Assembly: GCA_963827685.1 (NCBI GenBank)
Contig: CAWHBU010000001.1
Span: forward strand, 128,001 to 192,000
Origin: an uncultured delta proteobacterium
Lineage (GTDB): Bacteria; Desulfobacterota; BSN033; UBA1163
Length of the DNA stretch: 64,000 nt
Reading direction: 5' to 3'
The notes under the pieces were generated by a model. That model saw nothing but the letters and a program-made list of their open reading frames with translations, had not been told where the DNA came from and ran no database searches. Positions 49,626 through 63,362 of this stretch are shown here, piece after piece; the first letter of the stretch is position 1; every line of letters starts with the position of its first letter. A program made the position numbers and the translations under genes.

Positions 49626-49803
49626 TAAACCATTCTTCCAAGTGTCAAAGTTCGCACCAAGTGATGAACCGAAGGTGAATCAAGCCCCAATAAAACCCAG
49701 AGTCCCAATGCCAAAAATTGGGTTCCGAATAAATGCATTTTTGAAATCTAAAGTTTGAACTTTGAGCTTCATTTGGCATTTGAGCTTTGAAATTTGGAAT
49801 TCT
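49626..49803. repeat. 7-nt periodic IR element at the prfA/prmC junction
   Basis: CCAAGTGTCAAAG..CCCAATGCCAAA ... TTTGAACTTTGAGCTTCATTTGGCATTTGAGCTTTGAAATTTGGAAT; supplies the prfA C-terminal [10 protein letters not shown]. Confidence 0.75.
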
Positions 49804-50869
49804 CCAATTCTCCTTTCAATATATCTGCTTGATAATGTGTGGTCAATGCATCGATGATCTCCTCGATTTCTCCCTCAAGGATAGATTCCAGTCGATAAAG
49901 GGTCAATCCGATCCGGTGATCAGTCACTCTCCCTTGGGGAAAGTTATAGGTCCGGATGCGTTCGCTTCGTTCTCCTGTCCCCACCTGGTTTCTTCTCTTT
50001 TCCGAAATCTCCGTCTGTTTCTCTTGCTGGGCTTTATCCATTAGCCTCGCCCGAAGGATTTTAAGGGCTTTGGCCTTATTTTTGTGCTGCGACTTTTCAT
50101 CCTGACAGGACACCACGATTCCCGTGGGGAGATGGGTAATCCGCACAGCGGAGTCTGTGGTGTTGACGCTCTGACCTCCCGGTCCCGATGATCTGAAGAT
50201 ATCAATTCGCACATCATTGGCATCGATCTGAACATCCACCTCTTCTGCCTCTGGAAGGATAGCCACGGTCACCGTGGAGGTATGAATACGGCCTTGAGAT
50301 TCTGTGACGGGAACTCTTTGAACCCGGTGGACGCCACTCTCAAATTTCAGTCGACTGTAGACCCCTTTCCCCTCAATCAGGGCGATCATCTCTTTGAACC
50401 CTCCCACACCCGTATAGTGGCGACTCAATATCTCCATGCGCCAGCCTCGTTTTTCAGCAAACTTGGAATACATCCTGAAGAGATCTCCTGCGAAAAGCCC
50501 TGCTTCCTCTCCTCCAGTTCCTGCACGGATTTCAAGCAAGATGTTTTTTTCGTCATAAGGATCTTTGGGGAGAAGCGCCATTTTTAACTCCTCCTCGACC
50601 TTTTCCTTCTGCTGGTTCAACCGATTGACTTCCTCTTTGGCCAACCGTTTCATTTCTTCATCTTCTTCGTTATCAAGGAGGTGCTGGCTTCCTTTGATCT
50701 CCTCTTCCAATTTTTTAAGCCTTCGGTAAAGGTCGACCACCTTTCCCAGTTCGGCATACTCTTTGGCAGCCTTCTGAAATTCATCCTGTTTCGTGATCAA
50801 CTCGGGTTGGCCGAGGAGGTAGGAGAGTGTCTCGTACCGATGCTCGACCTCTTCTAATTTCTCAAACAT
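49769..50869 (-). CDS. prfA: Peptide chain release factor 1
   Basis: PVT tripeptide (VQRVPVTE), GGQ (SGPGGQSVN); start MFEKL. Confidence 0.97.
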   Translation of the reverse strand: MFEKLEEVEHRYETLSYLLGQPELITKQDEFQKAAKEYAELGKVVDLYRRLKKLEEEIKGSQHLLDNEEDEEMKRLAKEEVNRLNQQKEKVEEELKMALLPKDPYDEKNILLEIRAGTGGEEAGLFAGDLFRMYSKFAEKRGWRMEILSRHYTGVGGFKEMIALIEGKGVYSRLKFESGVHRVQRVPVTESQGRIHTSTVTVAILPEAEEVDVQIDANDVRIDIFRSSGPGGQSVNTTDSAVRITHLPTGIVVSCQDEKSQHKNKAKALKILRARLMDKAQQEKQTEISEKRRNQVGTGERSERIRTYNFPQGRVTDHRIGLTLYRLESILEGEIEEIIDALTTHYQADILKGELENSKFQSSNAK

Positions 50870-50881
50870 CTCTTTCCCCTT

Positions 50882-50990
50882 CAAACAATGACAAATGTCA
50901 AAATCCAAAGTTCAAATGAATGTCCAATGGCCTTAATGTCAAAATTTCTTTTTTGGTAAATTTTGTTATTTGAGCTTTGAAATTTGACAT
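50882..50990. repeat. 7-nt periodic IR element (TGTCAAA)n...(TTTGACA)n upstream of prfA
   Basis: ATGACAAATGTCAAAATCCAAAGTTCAAATGAATGTCCAA ... TTTTGTTATTTGAGCTTTGAAATTTGACAT. Confidence 0.85.
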
Positions 50991-51003
50991 TATCCCTTAT
51001 CTT

Positions 51004-51957
51004 TTATCGATGTCCCTCTAACTCCAGTACTTCATGAAGGGCACGGAGTGCGACCTCAATCTGATCTTCAGAAGGCTCGCGGGTAGTCATCCGTTGGAGC
51101 CAGAGGCCGGGCTTGATGAAATATTGCATGCCTTTGCTCTCTCGCTTTTGATCGGCGAATCGGATGATCTCATAAGCAAGCCCTGCGATAAGAGGGATGA
51201 AAACCACCCGAGAGGCCACTTTATATCCGAACGAAAGATGGTGAGGGATGAGGGCAAAGACCAAAATGCTCACCACCATGACCATAAGAAGGAAGCTTGT
51301 TCCACATCTGGGATGAAGATAGCTAAAGCCCTTTACCCGGTCGGCCATCAACGCCTCACCGGACTCGAAGGCGAAGATCGATTTGTGTTCGGCACCATGA
51401 TATTCAAAGATTCTTCGAATCTCTTTGAAAAAGGAGATGGCCCACAGGTAAGCCAGAAAGATCATCAATCGGATGATCCCATCCACCAGATTGAAGAGGA
51501 TCCCGCTTGTGGAAACCGTGGGGATAAAAAACCGCAACCACTTCGTTAAAAAAAGAGGGATGAGAAAGAAGAGGAAGATGCCGAAACAGAGGGCGAAGGT
51601 AAACGTAAGACCCATGGTCCAGGAGCTGACTTCTTGCTCTTCCTCAAGGGACTGATTGGCCGAAAAATTGAGAGCCTTCATCCCCAAAACCAGGGCGGAG
51701 AGCAAGTTGATCACCCCCCGGATCAAAGGAACTTTGGAGAAAAATTTTTTTTCAGAAAAGAAGTCCAACCTCTCCCGTTTTACCACAATCTCGCCATTGG
51801 GCCTCCGGACCGCAACGGCCATGGAATTGGGAGATCTCATCATCACCCCTTCGATCACAGCCTGTCCGCCGACTCGAATGCGATCCTCCCTTTTTTTGGA
51901 GATAGATGGATTGGATCGAGGATATCCCTGCCCAGCATCCCTTCTCCCAAAGAGCAT
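51004..51957 (-). CDS. DUF1385 family membrane protein
   Basis: VGGQAVIEGVMM, YHGAEHK, HPRCGTSF; usual rpmE-DUF1385-prfA position. Confidence 0.92.
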   Translation of the reverse strand: MLFGRRDAGQGYPRSNPSISKKREDRIRVGGQAVIEGVMMRSPNSMAVAVRRPNGEIVVKRERLDFFSEKKFFSKVPLIRGVINLLSALVLGMKALNFSANQSLEEEQEVSSWTMGLTFTFALCFGIFLFFLIPLFLTKWLRFFIPTVSTSGILFNLVDGIIRLMIFLAYLWAISFFKEIRRIFEYHGAEHKSIFAFESGEALMADRVKGFSYLHPRCGTSFLLMVMVVSILVFALIPHHLSFGYKVASRVVFIPLIAGLAYEIIRFADQKRESKGMQYFIKPGLWLQRMTTREPSEDQIEVALRALHEVLELEGHR

Positions 51958-52230
51958 TTAAACCCTCCCAATGAACCCTGTTGTTAAACAACTGGCCAAA
52001 TGACCCCTTTTTGATTAGCACAAATAATAAATACTTCTTAGAGATGGACTAAAACACCCATTCTCTTCAAAAAAACATTTTTATATAACAGGATGAACTA
52101 ATGCTGAATGCCTGTTAAAAAAATGACAGACAGAAAGAAAGGAGCATAGGATGAACCTTGGGGCGCATAGAAAGAGATTGGCCCAACGGTAATGGATCGG
52201 GATGAGTCATGATGAATCGGGAAGTCTGAA

Positions 52231-52446
52231 TCATTCCTTCTGTTTTTCTTTTTTCCCATATTTTTTCTGAAACCGTTCAATTCTCCCAGCGGTATCTAAA
52301 AACTTTTGTTTGCCAGTGAAGAAAGGATGACAGTTGGAGCAGATCTCTACATGGATTTCCTTTTCCGTACTCTTCGTCTCAAAGGTAGCTCCACAGGCAC
52401 ATTTAATCACCGAATCAAAAATCTTTGGATGAATATCTTTTTTCAT
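52231..52446 (-). CDS. rpmE: 50S ribosomal protein L31 (Zn-binding type)
   Basis: [30 protein letters not shown]. Confidence 0.97.
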   Translation of the reverse strand: MKKDIHPKIFDSVIKCACGATFETKSTEKEIHVEICSNCHPFFTGKQKFLDTAGRIERFQKKYGKKEKQKE

Positions 52447-52543
52447 CTAAATGGCCTCCGAAACATAATATTACTGAATTTTCACAAATTTTCAACCATT
52501 TTTAGAAACATAAACCCCTTCCTCATCACTACCGCCAACACCT

Positions 52544-53797
52544 CTATTGATTCATGGAGTCGAGGAATTCTCGATTGTTCTTGGTGGCTTGCATCTTCTC
52601 CAAAAGAAATTCCATGCTCTCTACCGTATTCATCGGCTGAAGCACTTTCCTTAGGAGCCAGATGCGGTTGAGATCGTTACGCTCGAGGAGTAACTCCTCT
52701 TTTCGAGTGCCGGAGCGCTGAATATCGATAGACGGAAAGACTCTCCGATCCACCAACCGTCTGTCCAAATTGATTTCCATGTTTCCTGTTCCTTTGAATT
52801 CTTCGAAGATCACCTCATCCATACGGCTTCCTGTGTCGACCAGGGCTGTCCCGATAATGGTCAGGCTTCCGCCCTCTTCAATATTTCTGGCGGCGCCAAA
52901 AAAACGCTTCGGCCGTTGAAGGGCATTGGCGTCTATTCCTCCGGAGAGAACCTTTCCGCTGGGTGGCACGACCGTATTGTAGGCCCTGGCAAGCCGGGTG
53001 ATGCTATCGAGAAGGATCACCACATCCTTTTGATGTTCCACCAACCGCTTTGCCTTCTCGATCACCATCTCCGCTACTTGAACATGACGCGAAGCAGGCT
53101 CGTCAAAAGTGGAACTGATGACCTCTGCATCGACAGACCGCTCCATATCGGTCACTTCCTCGGGGCGTTCATCGATGAGGAGGACGATTAAGGTGATCTC
53201 TTTATGGTTGGAGGTAATGCTGTGGGCGATGGCCTGGAGAAGCATTGTTTTTCCAGTTCTCGGTGCAGCGACGATCAGCCCTCGCTGTCCCTTTCCAATG
53301 GGCGTGAGAAGGTTCATCACCCGGGCAGAGTAATTTTTTGAATCGTTCCCCACCTCTAATTGGATTTTCTCCTGAGGATAAAGGGGGGTCAAGTTGTCGA
53401 AGAGGATTTTATCCCTGGCCACCTCCGGGTCTTCATAGTTGACCAATTCGACTTTCAACATGGCGAAGTACCGCTCGGTATCCTTGGGGGGTCGAATCTG
53501 ACCTGAGACCGTGTCACCGGTTCGAAGGTTGAATCGCCGGATCTGGGACGGGGAGATATAAATGTCATCCGGCCCGGGCAGATAATTGTAATCGGGGGCT
53601 CTCAGAAAACCAAACCCATCGGGCAGGATTTCCAACACCCCTTCCCCAAAGATCAGGCCATTCTTCTCCGTCTGGGCTTGAAGAATAGCAAAGATCAATT
53701 CCTGCTTCCTCATTCCGCTCGCCCCTTCGACATTGAGCTCCTTGGCGATCTTGTATAGCTCGTTAATCTTAAGCTTTTTCAAATCTTTGATGTTCAT
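52544..53797 (-). CDS. rho: Transcription termination factor Rho
   Basis: [42 protein letters not shown]. Confidence 0.98.
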   Translation of the reverse strand: MNIKDLKKLKINELYKIAKELNVEGASGMRKQELIFAILQAQTEKNGLIFGEGVLEILPDGFGFLRAPDYNYLPGPDDIYISPSQIRRFNLRTGDTVSGQIRPPKDTERYFAMLKVELVNYEDPEVARDKILFDNLTPLYPQEKIQLEVGNDSKNYSARVMNLLTPIGKGQRGLIVAAPRTGKTMLLQAIAHSITSNHKEITLIVLLIDERPEEVTDMERSVDAEVISSTFDEPASRHVQVAEMVIEKAKRLVEHQKDVVILLDSITRLARAYNTVVPPSGKVLSGGIDANALQRPKRFFGAARNIEEGGSLTIIGTALVDTGSRMDEVIFEEFKGTGNMEINLDRRLVDRRVFPSIDIQRSGTRKEELLLERNDLNRIWLLRKVLQPMNTVESMEFLLEKMQATKNNREFLDSMNQ

Positions 53798-53838
53798 AGT
53801 TTTCCCTTTATCCTCCTGATATTCTGTCAGTTACCACA

Positions 53839-54486
53839 CTACGTCCGCCTGCGGCAGGAACGCGTCGTGGCCTTTCTTTTCTGAACCACAACCTTTTTTA
53901 ATTCTTTAAAAACTTTTCTGGCCCTTTTCTTGGTCTCCTCAAAAGATCCCTCATTTCGAATGACGAAGTCTGCAATTTTTGCCTTCTCCTCGACGGGCAT
54001 CTGAGAGGAAAAAATTCCCAAAGCCTCCTCGGGGCTTCTCCCATCCCGTTCTTTCAGCCTTTCAATTTGCTGTGCCTGGGTTGAAGTGACTACAATCAGT
54101 TTATCCACTCTACGGTGCGCTCCAAGCTCAACAAGGAGCGGCGCATCGATCACCACGATGGCTTCGGGATCTCTTTGCCCGATCTCTCTTGCCCTTCGAT
54201 CCATCTCCTGTTTGATCTCAGGATGAAGAATCTGGTTCAGAAGTTTCCTCTGCTTCAGATCTGCAAAGACCTTCTCAGCCAATTTCTTTCGATGAATGGT
54301 CCCATCCTCTTGAAGGATTTCCTTGCCGAATGCCCTGACTAACTCATTCCAGGCGGGTTTGTGGGGTTGAACCAGCTCCCTGGCAATCTGGTCTGCATCG
54401 ATGATATAAGCGCCCTCTTCCTCTAAGACTCGGGAGACAGCCGTCTTTCCGCTCGCCACCCCCCCCGTCAATCCGACGATGAGCAT
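53839..54486 (-). CDS. coaE: Dephospho-CoA kinase
   Basis: VGLTGGVASGKT, IDAD, ILHP, DAPLLVE. Confidence 0.95.
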   Translation of the reverse strand: MLIVGLTGGVASGKTAVSRVLEEEGAYIIDADQIARELVQPHKPAWNELVRAFGKEILQEDGTIHRKKLAEKVFADLKQRKLLNQILHPEIKQEMDRRAREIGQRDPEAIVVIDAPLLVELGAHRRVDKLIVVTSTQAQQIERLKERDGRSPEEALGIFSSQMPVEEKAKIADFVIRNEGSFEETKKRARKVFKELKKVVVQKRKATTRSCRRRT

Positions 54487-54501
54487 TCTTGTTGGAGTCT
54501 C

Positions 54502-56904
<2,403 letters not shown>

Positions 56905-56929
56905 TCAAAGATTCATTCCTACGACGTAT

Positions 56930-58066
56930 TTAAAGCCTCATGGGCATGACGATGCAAAACTGATTGGAGAGCCCCGGGGAGGAAGAGGAAGGTCTGAGAA
57001 TCCCGGGACTTCCTTCATCTTTCAACTCCATGAGAACTTCTTCCGTATCGATCACATTGAACGCCTCGATTAAATATCTGGCGTTAAATCCCACTTGAAA
57101 AGGAGGCCCATCGTAAACCATCTCGACCTCTTCTTTGGCATCTCCAAAGTCCTGATGGGTGGAGGACATCTCCACAGAATTTGTTTTAAGGGAAAACTTT
57201 ACTCCCTCCATCCTCTCGCTGGCCATGGTTGAAACACGCTTTAGACCGCTGACCACCCGCTCTTTAGCCATCACTAGTTTTTTATCATTCCCCTTTGGAA
57301 TCACTTGTTCGTATTCTGGAAATTCACCGTCGATCAGTCGGATCACGGTGAGAGATTTTCCGAGTTTAAAAAATCCATGGGTGGCATCGAAATAGATTCC
57401 CATCTCCTCTTCCCCGTCTCTGTCTCCGATGACTTTTTTAACCTCCAACACTCCTTTTTTGGGAATGATCATCCCTTTTTCCTCAATACCACGAATTTTT
57501 TGATTCTCCCGATCAACCAGAGAAAGGCGATGTCCGTCCGTAGCGACCATTCTTAGCGTCTCCTTCCCCCCTTGTTTAATCTGTGTAAAAAGAATTCCAT
57601 TAAGGTGATACCGAGATTCTTCATTGGAGGCAGCAAAAACCGTTTTTTCGATCATCGCTCGAATGAGTCGGATCTGAATTGTCGAAAAATTTTCTTCTTG
57701 GTAGGTGGGAAGAGAAGGAAATTCTTCTGGATCTAACCCGGCAAGATTAAAAACGGATTTTCCGCATTGAAGAGTAATCCATTGATTATCTTTCTTTTCT
57801 ATACGGATGCTCTCTTCTGGCAATTCCCTTACAATTTCATATAATTTTTTTGCAGAAACAGAGGCCTTTCCTTTTTGATGAATTTTTGCCATTAATTCCT
57901 CGCGGATTCCTGTTTCTAAATCTGTTCCGGTAAGATAGAGAGAGTTTTCCTCCCACTCTAATAACATGTGGGATAGAATGGGAAGGGTTGTTTTTCTTCC
58001 TGCTACACTCTGCATTAAACCTAATCCTCTTAGGAACTCCCTTTTGTCAATTTCAAAATTCATCAT
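56930..58066 (-). CDS. dnaN: DNA polymerase III beta clamp
   Basis: TDLE, VATDGHRL, RLIDGEFPEY, GFNARY, VMPMRL. Confidence 0.97.
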   Translation of the reverse strand: MMNFEIDKREFLRGLGLMQSVAGRKTTLPILSHMLLEWEENSLYLTGTDLETGIREELMAKIHQKGKASVSAKKLYEIVRELPEESIRIEKKDNQWITLQCGKSVFNLAGLDPEEFPSLPTYQEENFSTIQIRLIRAMIEKTVFAASNEESRYHLNGILFTQIKQGGKETLRMVATDGHRLSLVDRENQKIRGIEEKGMIIPKKGVLEVKKVIGDRDGEEEMGIYFDATHGFFKLGKSLTVIRLIDGEFPEYEQVIPKGNDKKLVMAKERVVSGLKRVSTMASERMEGVKFSLKTNSVEMSSTHQDFGDAKEEVEMVYDGPPFQVGFNARYLIEAFNVIDTEEVLMELKDEGSPGILRPSSSSPGLSNQFCIVMPMRL

Positions 58067-58267
58067 GTTTGCCTCCTAATATTATTCTTTATATCTTGTT
58101 ATTACGTCATCACCGTCTATGTCTGTGGAAATGAAGAAAAAAGTCCTAACTTAAAAAAAAGAAATAGTATTTACATGTTGAATATTCGCTCAAGGGGTTT
58201 GGGAAATCTATTTCATTTTAAAAAATGGACTCTCTTTCCTCATTCATTCACAACATTTCCACCTTAT
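58067..58267. other. dnaA-dnaN intergenic, AT-rich, probable oriC part with unwinding element
   Basis: Degenerate DnaA boxes (TGTGGAAAT near 58124, TCATTCACA and ATTTCCACC near 58244-58263) and an AT-rich tract toward dnaN. Confidence 0.6.
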
Positions 58268-59605
58268 TTATGATTTAATTCGACCTTGCAAAGTTTCTAT
58301 CATTTCTTTAAAGGATGTCTCTTGGGACATCTTTTCTTCCACTTTTTTGATGGAATGAAGAACGGTCGAATGATCTTTTCCTCCAAATTTATCCCCAATT
58401 TCAAGTAATGAGGCATTGGTTAATTTTCGGGAAAGATACATAGAGATCTGTCGAGGGAGCACATACCCTTTATTTTTTCTTTTTACCTTTAAATCAGAAA
58501 TTTTAATATTGAAAAAGTTAGAAACGATTTTTTGAACCAGGTCGATGGAGACGAACTCCTCTTTCGGTTTAATAATATTCTTCAAAACTTCTTTGGCCAA
58601 GAGGACGTCAATGGGAGTTTTGGTGAGGGAAGCAAAGGCACCGATACGAATGAGAGACCCTTCTAAAACTCTAATATTGGAATCAATTTGAGAAGCAAGA
58701 AAGAAAGCAACGTCATTAGGGAGAGCGATATTTTCGGTTTCGGCTTTCTTTCTCAAGATGGCAACCTTGGTCTCGATGTCTGGTGGTTGAATATCGGCGA
58801 TCAAACCCCATTCAAAACGAGATCGGAGTCGTTCTTCGAAGTTAGGAATATCCTTTGGAAACTTGTCACTGGTGACGACAATTTGCTTCCTCGCTTCATA
58901 GAGGGAGTTGAAGGTATGGAAGAATTCGGCTTGCGTTCTCTCTTTCCCAGCAATGAATTGGATGTCGTCGATTAAGAGGATATCCATCCTTCTAAATTTA
59001 TTTCGAAACTCATCCATTTTCTCGTAGCGGAGCGAGTTGATTAATTCGTTGGTGAACTCTTCCGAAGAGATGTAGCAGATTTTCCTCACGTCGGGAAGGA
59101 TACGATGTTGTACAATATGGTTTCCAATGGCGTGAAGGAGATGCGTCTTTCCCAATCCGACCCCGCCATAAATAAAGAGAGGATTGTAATTCTTAGCCGG
59201 TAAATCAGCCACGGCCAAACAGGCCGCATGAGCGAACTGGTTGCTCGCCCCCACCACAAAATGGTCGAACGTATATTTGGGATTGAAGATCGGTTGGAAA
59301 GAATGAAGGGCCTGCTGTTCATAGCTTGGCAGGGCCTGGGAGATCGCGTCCTTTCCATTGATCTTTTCGTTTCTGATTTGGAATTGGAGTTGACAAGGCA
59401 TATGGGTAAAGAGAGAAATTACATCTTTAAGATGAAGGGAATAGTGTTCGTTGATCCACTCTTTGAAGAATCGGTTCGGGACCTCTAACTCGACCTTTTC
59501 TCCTTCCTTGGAGATGAAGTGGATCGGTTTAATCCAAATGTCGAAATTCTGTTGACCGACTCTTTCCTTTAAAGCATCGATCACCTTAGGCCATAAATCT
59601 TCCAT
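58268..59605 (-). CDS. dnaA: Chromosomal replication initiator
   Basis: YTFDHFVVG, NPLFIYGGVGLGKTHL, LLIDDIQF, FGGKDHSTV; start MEDLW. Confidence 0.98.
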   Translation of the reverse strand: MEDLWPKVIDALKERVGQQNFDIWIKPIHFISKEGEKVELEVPNRFFKEWINEHYSLHLKDVISLFTHMPCQLQFQIRNEKINGKDAISQALPSYEQQALHSFQPIFNPKYTFDHFVVGASNQFAHAACLAVADLPAKNYNPLFIYGGVGLGKTHLLHAIGNHIVQHRILPDVRKICYISSEEFTNELINSLRYEKMDEFRNKFRRMDILLIDDIQFIAGKERTQAEFFHTFNSLYEARKQIVVTSDKFPKDIPNFEERLRSRFEWGLIADIQPPDIETKVAILRKKAETENIALPNDVAFFLASQIDSNIRVLEGSLIRIGAFASLTKTPIDVLLAKEVLKNIIKPKEEFVSIDLVQKIVSNFFNIKISDLKVKRKNKGYVLPRQISMYLSRKLTNASLLEIGDKFGGKDHSTVLHSIKKVEEKMSQETSFKEMIETLQGRIKS

Positions 59606-59679
59606 GGAGTCGACCTTGACGGATTGGACTGTTGGATGAGGGGTGTCTGATGGAATGGGCAGGACAGGCCCCAAAAAGA

Positions 59680-59853
59680 AAACATCTTCATTTTCAATTA
59701 GTTATATGTCTCTTTGCACAACGTTTCCACAACTGTGGATAAAAGAAATTAAAGACAAAGAGGGGAAAAATTTTGAGGATTAAAATTCTTGAAAATTTAC
59801 GTAACCAATATTAAATCCGTTATTTAAAAAAATCAAGCTTTTTTTGATGGAAT
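59680..59853. other. DnaA-box cluster upstream of dnaA (oriC part / dnaA autoregulation)
   Basis: Perfect TGTGGATAA at 59734-59742, plus GTTTCCACA (59723) and CTTTGCACA (59712) in an AT-rich setting. Confidence 0.7.
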
Positions 59854-62280
59854 CTATTCTTTCTCTGCCAACCTCGCGACAGCGACCACCCTTTCCCCCT
59901 CCTCGAGAGTGATCAGCCTCACCCCTTGGGTGCTCCTTCCTTGAACAGGGATATCCACGGCTCGCAAACGGATAATTTTCCCCTTGTTGGAGATGACCAT
60001 CAATTCATCCTCATCCACGACGGTCTTAATACCTATCACATCTCCAGTTTTTTGGGTTCTCTTCACTGTAAAAATCCCGGAGCCTCCCCTATTCTGAATC
60101 CGATATTCAGAGGCCTGGGTCCGTTTTCCATAGCCATGCGCTGTGACCGTCAAAATCTGAGTGTGAGGAGCGACCGCTTCCATCCCCACCACTTCGTCTG
60201 CTTTTGAAATCTTAATCCCTCTGATCCCACGAGCCGTGCGGCCCATATCTCTGATCTGGGTTTCAGGGAAATGAATGGCCTTCCCCACTTTGGTGCCGAT
60301 AAAAAGATGCAGTTTTCCATCGGTCAGTTTGGTAGAGATCAGCTCATCCCCCTCATCGAGGTGAATGGCGATGATGCCACCTGACCGGGGATTACTGTAG
60401 GCTTCAAGCGTTGTCTTCTTAATCGTCCCTCTTTTGGTCATAAAGGTAATGAACTTGTCTTTTGCAAAGTCTTTGAGGGAGAGAATGGCGGTCACTTTCT
60501 CCTGGGGGTTGAGATTGAGAAGATTGATAATGGCCTTCCCCCGTGTGATGCGACCAGCTTGTGGAAGTTCGTGAACCTTCATCCAGTGGATCTTGCCGGC
60601 ATCCGTGAAGAATAAGATGTAATCATGGGTTGAGGCGATGAAGAGGTCCTCTACAAAATCTTCCTCTTTGACATTAATCCCCACCTTTCCTTTCCCTCCG
60701 CGATGCTGACTACGGTAGAGGCTGATGGGATTCCTCTTGATATATCCCGTATGGGTGATCGTTACCACCATATCCTCTTCGGCGATGAGGTCTTCGACCC
60801 GGATTTCTGGGGCGGCCTCCACAATTTCCGTTTTTCTTTCGTCTCCAAAGGCATCTCGGATGGAGAGGAGTTCTTCCTTAATTAAATTGAGAATCAATCG
60901 ATCACTCGCCAAGAGGGCCTTCAACCGATTGATCAACTTGATAGTCTGCTCATACTCTTCCACAATCTTGCGTTGCTCAAGGTTGGTGAGCCGTTGGAGC
61001 CTCATCTCCAAGATCGCCTGGGCCTGCTCATCGGAAAAGGCGAATTTTTCCATCAAGCGGTCTTTCGCCTCCTTCGGGGTTTTGGAGGCCTTAATCGCAG
61101 CGATGATGGCATCGATATGGTCAATCGCCTTTTTCAAGCCTTCCAGGATATGGGCTCTGGCCTCTGCCTTGTTAAGCTCAAAGCGGGATCTCCGGATGAC
61201 TACCTCTTGGCGATATTGAACAAAGAAATGGAGCATCTCTTTGAGGGAGAGGAGCTTTGGCTGATTCTGGTGGATGGCCAGGAGAATGATCCCGAAGGAG
61301 GTTTGCATCTGGGTGTGTTTATAGAGCTGATTGAGGGTGACCTCAGCCACCTCATTCCGTTTCAGCTCGACGACTACCCTCATCCCTTCCCTATCCGATT
61401 CGTCACGGATATTGGAAATCCCTTCAATCGCTTTCTCCTGGACCAATTCAGCGATTCTTTCGATGAGCTTGGCCTTATTGGTTTGATAGGGAAGCTCGGT
61501 GATGACAATATTTTCACGTTCTCCTTTTCGATCCCTCTCGATGAGCGCTCTGGCTCGAAGTTGGATCACACCCTTTCCAGTTTCATAAGCCTGGCGGATT
61601 CCCTCTCTGCCGTTAATGAAACCTCCCGTTGGAAAGTCAGGTCCGGGGAGGTGATCCATCAATTCCACCACGGAGATCTCAGGGGTTTCGATCAAGGCAA
61701 TGATGGCATTAATGGTTTCGGTGAGGTTATGAGGAGGAATATTGGTTGCCATTCCCACAGCAATTCCGGAAGAACCATTGACGATAAGGTTCGGGAGTTT
61801 AGAAGGGAGCACCGAGGGTTCAACTAAAGATTCATCGTAATTCGGAACGAAGTCGATAGTTTCCTTATCAATATCAGCCAGTAATTCGGCCGTGACCTTG
61901 GACATCCGGATCTCTGTATATCTCATGGCCGCTGGTGGATCGCCATCTATGGAGCCAAAGTTCCCTTGGCCATCGATCAGCGGATAACGGAGAGAGAAAT
62001 CCTGTGCCATTCTGACAATGGCATCGTAAACAGCCATGTCGCCGTGGGGATGATACTTGCCGATCACATCGCCAACAATTCTCGCTGACTTTTTATAGGG
62101 TTTATCCCAATCGTTATTTAACTCATTCATCGCATAAAGAATGCGGCGATGAACGGGCTTCAGACCGTCCCTTACATCGGGCAGGGCTCGACCGATGATG
62201 ACGCTCATCGCGTAGTCCATGTAGGACTTTTTCATCTCATCTTCGATATTGACGGGAATGTGCTCGAGAGCAATATTCAT
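59854..62280 (-). CDS. gyrA: DNA gyrase subunit A
   Basis: [23 protein letters not shown], GyrA-box QHRGGKG. Confidence 0.97.
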   Translation of the reverse strand: MNIALEHIPVNIEDEMKKSYMDYAMSVIIGRALPDVRDGLKPVHRRILYAMNELNNDWDKPYKKSARIVGDVIGKYHPHGDMAVYDAIVRMAQDFSLRYPLIDGQGNFGSIDGDPPAAMRYTEIRMSKVTAELLADIDKETIDFVPNYDESLVEPSVLPSKLPNLIVNGSSGIAVGMATNIPPHNLTETINAIIALIETPEISVVELMDHLPGPDFPTGGFINGREGIRQAYETGKGVIQLRARALIERDRKGERENIVITELPYQTNKAKLIERIAELVQEKAIEGISNIRDESDREGMRVVVELKRNEVAEVTLNQLYKHTQMQTSFGIILLAIHQNQPKLLSLKEMLHFFVQYRQEVVIRRSRFELNKAEARAHILEGLKKAIDHIDAIIAAIKASKTPKEAKDRLMEKFAFSDEQAQAILEMRLQRLTNLEQRKIVEEYEQTIKLINRLKALLASDRLILNLIKEELLSIRDAFGDERKTEIVEAAPEIRVEDLIAEEDMVVTITHTGYIKRNPISLYRSQHRGGKGKVGINVKEEDFVEDLFIASTHDYILFFTDAGKIHWMKVHELPQAGRITRGKAIINLLNLNPQEKVTAILSLKDFAKDKFITFMTKRGTIKKTTLEAYSNPRSGGIIAIHLDEGDELISTKLTDGKLHLFIGTKVGKAIHFPETQIRDMGRTARGIRGIKISKADEVVGMEAVAPHTQILTVTAHGYGKRTQASEYRIQNRGGSGIFTVKRTQKTGDVIGIKTVVDEDELMVISNKGKIIRLRAVDIPVQGRSTQGVRLITLEEGERVVAVARLAEKE

Positions 62281-62419
62281 GGAAACTCCTGAAGTAATAG
62301 AGGTCTGGAGAGAGCCCTTTAAGTCATTTTTACACTTAAATTAAGAGACAAAATGATTGGTGATTTGTCGTCTCCGGGAATGCCTGCGCTTCTGGGCGAA
62401 GGGCTTAAGATTCATTACA

Positions 62420-62500
62420 AAACTTAATATAAAAACCCCTCTTCTGTCAACAAAATTAGGAGCAAATCTTGACAATAGGTCATAAATATGGTTTAAATAA
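62420..62500. promoter_or_regulatory. Back-to-back sigma70 -35 boxes for gyrA and rpmH
   Basis: TTGACA on minus (62445-62450) and plus (62469-62474), each followed by AT-rich -10 candidates. Confidence 0.5.
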
Positions 62501-62549
62501 AAAGTTTAATTATTTCAAAAAATAAGCCACTCTAACGAAGAGGGATTGA

Positions 62550-62684
62550 ATGAAAAGGACATATCAGCCCAGTAATCTCAGACGGAAGAGGACTCATGGT
62601 TTCTTGGAGAGGATGAGTACTAAGAGCGGTCGAAATGTTTTAAAGCGGAGGCGAATGAAAGGGAGAAAAAGGTTGACCGTTTGA
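62550..62684 (+). CDS. rpmH: 50S ribosomal protein L34 (below the ORF-track cutoff)
   Basis: Hand translation [44 protein letters not shown]. Confidence 0.98.
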   Translation: MKRTYQPSNLRRKRTHGFLERMSTKSGRNVLKRRRMKGRKRLTV

Positions 62685-62729
62685 ATTCTGAATTCCTGAA
62701 GCCGGTATGGGAGTCCATTTCATAGATGG

Positions 62730-63086
62730 GTGACGACGAGGATCGCCGTGAAAGGATCCCTCAGGTTTACAAAAAAGGAGCGAATCACTCAACCGCAGGA
62801 TTTCAGAAGGGTGTTGAAAGCAGGGAGGAGGAATTCCTCTCGAAGCTTTATCCTTTTTGTCCGCCAGAATGAGAACAGATTTCACCGATTAGGGATTGTG
62901 GTAAAGAAAGAAATTGGCCCGGCGGCTTTACGGAATCGAATGAAACGCTACATCCGAGAATTTTTTCGCCTCCATAAGCATCAGATCAAAGGTTCTTACG
63001 ATATTATTTTGATGATCAAAAAGGGATGTTCATTCAATCGATATCAGGAAGCGGAGGAAGAACTAAGGGGGCTCTTCATTTTATGA
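62730..63086 (+). CDS. rnpA: Ribonuclease P protein component
   Basis: [28 protein letters not shown]. Confidence 0.95.
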   Translation: MTTRIAVKGSLRFTKKERITQPQDFRRVLKAGRRNSSRSFILFVRQNENRFHRLGIVVKKEIGPAALRNRMKRYIREFFRLHKHQIKGSYDIILMIKKGCSFNRYQEAEEELRGLFIL

Positions 63087-63337
63087 AAAAGAGAACGACC
63101 GACGAGTTGATTAAAGAAGGACTTATCATTCTGATTCATGTCTATCAGCATCCGTTTTCAACCCTCCTTGGGCCTTGCTGTCGTTTCACTCCTTCCTGTT
63201 CCTCTTATGCTTTGCTATCGATTCAACGCTTCGGAATCATCGGGGGGGCCTGGCTCATTTTCAAGAGACTGATCAAGTGCCATCCTTTCCACCCAGGCGG
63301 ATACGATCCAGTTCCCGAAATAATCGAAAAATATTAG
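63083..63337 (+). CDS. yidD: Membrane protein insertion efficiency factor
   Basis: [24 protein letters not shown]. Confidence 0.95.
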   Translation: MKKRTTDELIKEGLIILIHVYQHPFSTLLGPCCRFTPSCSSYALLSIQRFGIIGGAWLIFKRLIKCHPFHPGGYDPVPEIIEKY

Positions 63338-63362
63338 GAAGGAGATTTAGGGCAAGGAAGAT

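Noticed and set aside
865-50990. Periodic repeats as CRISPR arrays
   Set aside because: Units are 6-8 nt, degenerate and inverted, with no constant repeat-unique spacer pattern and no cas genes.
51877-51895. Possible ATT start for DUF1385 after AGGGAGG
   Set aside because: An in-frame ATG at 51957 has its own good RBS (GGGAGGG), so a non-canonical start is not needed.
52098-52280. 60-aa ORF downstream of rpmE
   Set aside because: Overlaps rpmE out of frame, no motif or clear RBS.
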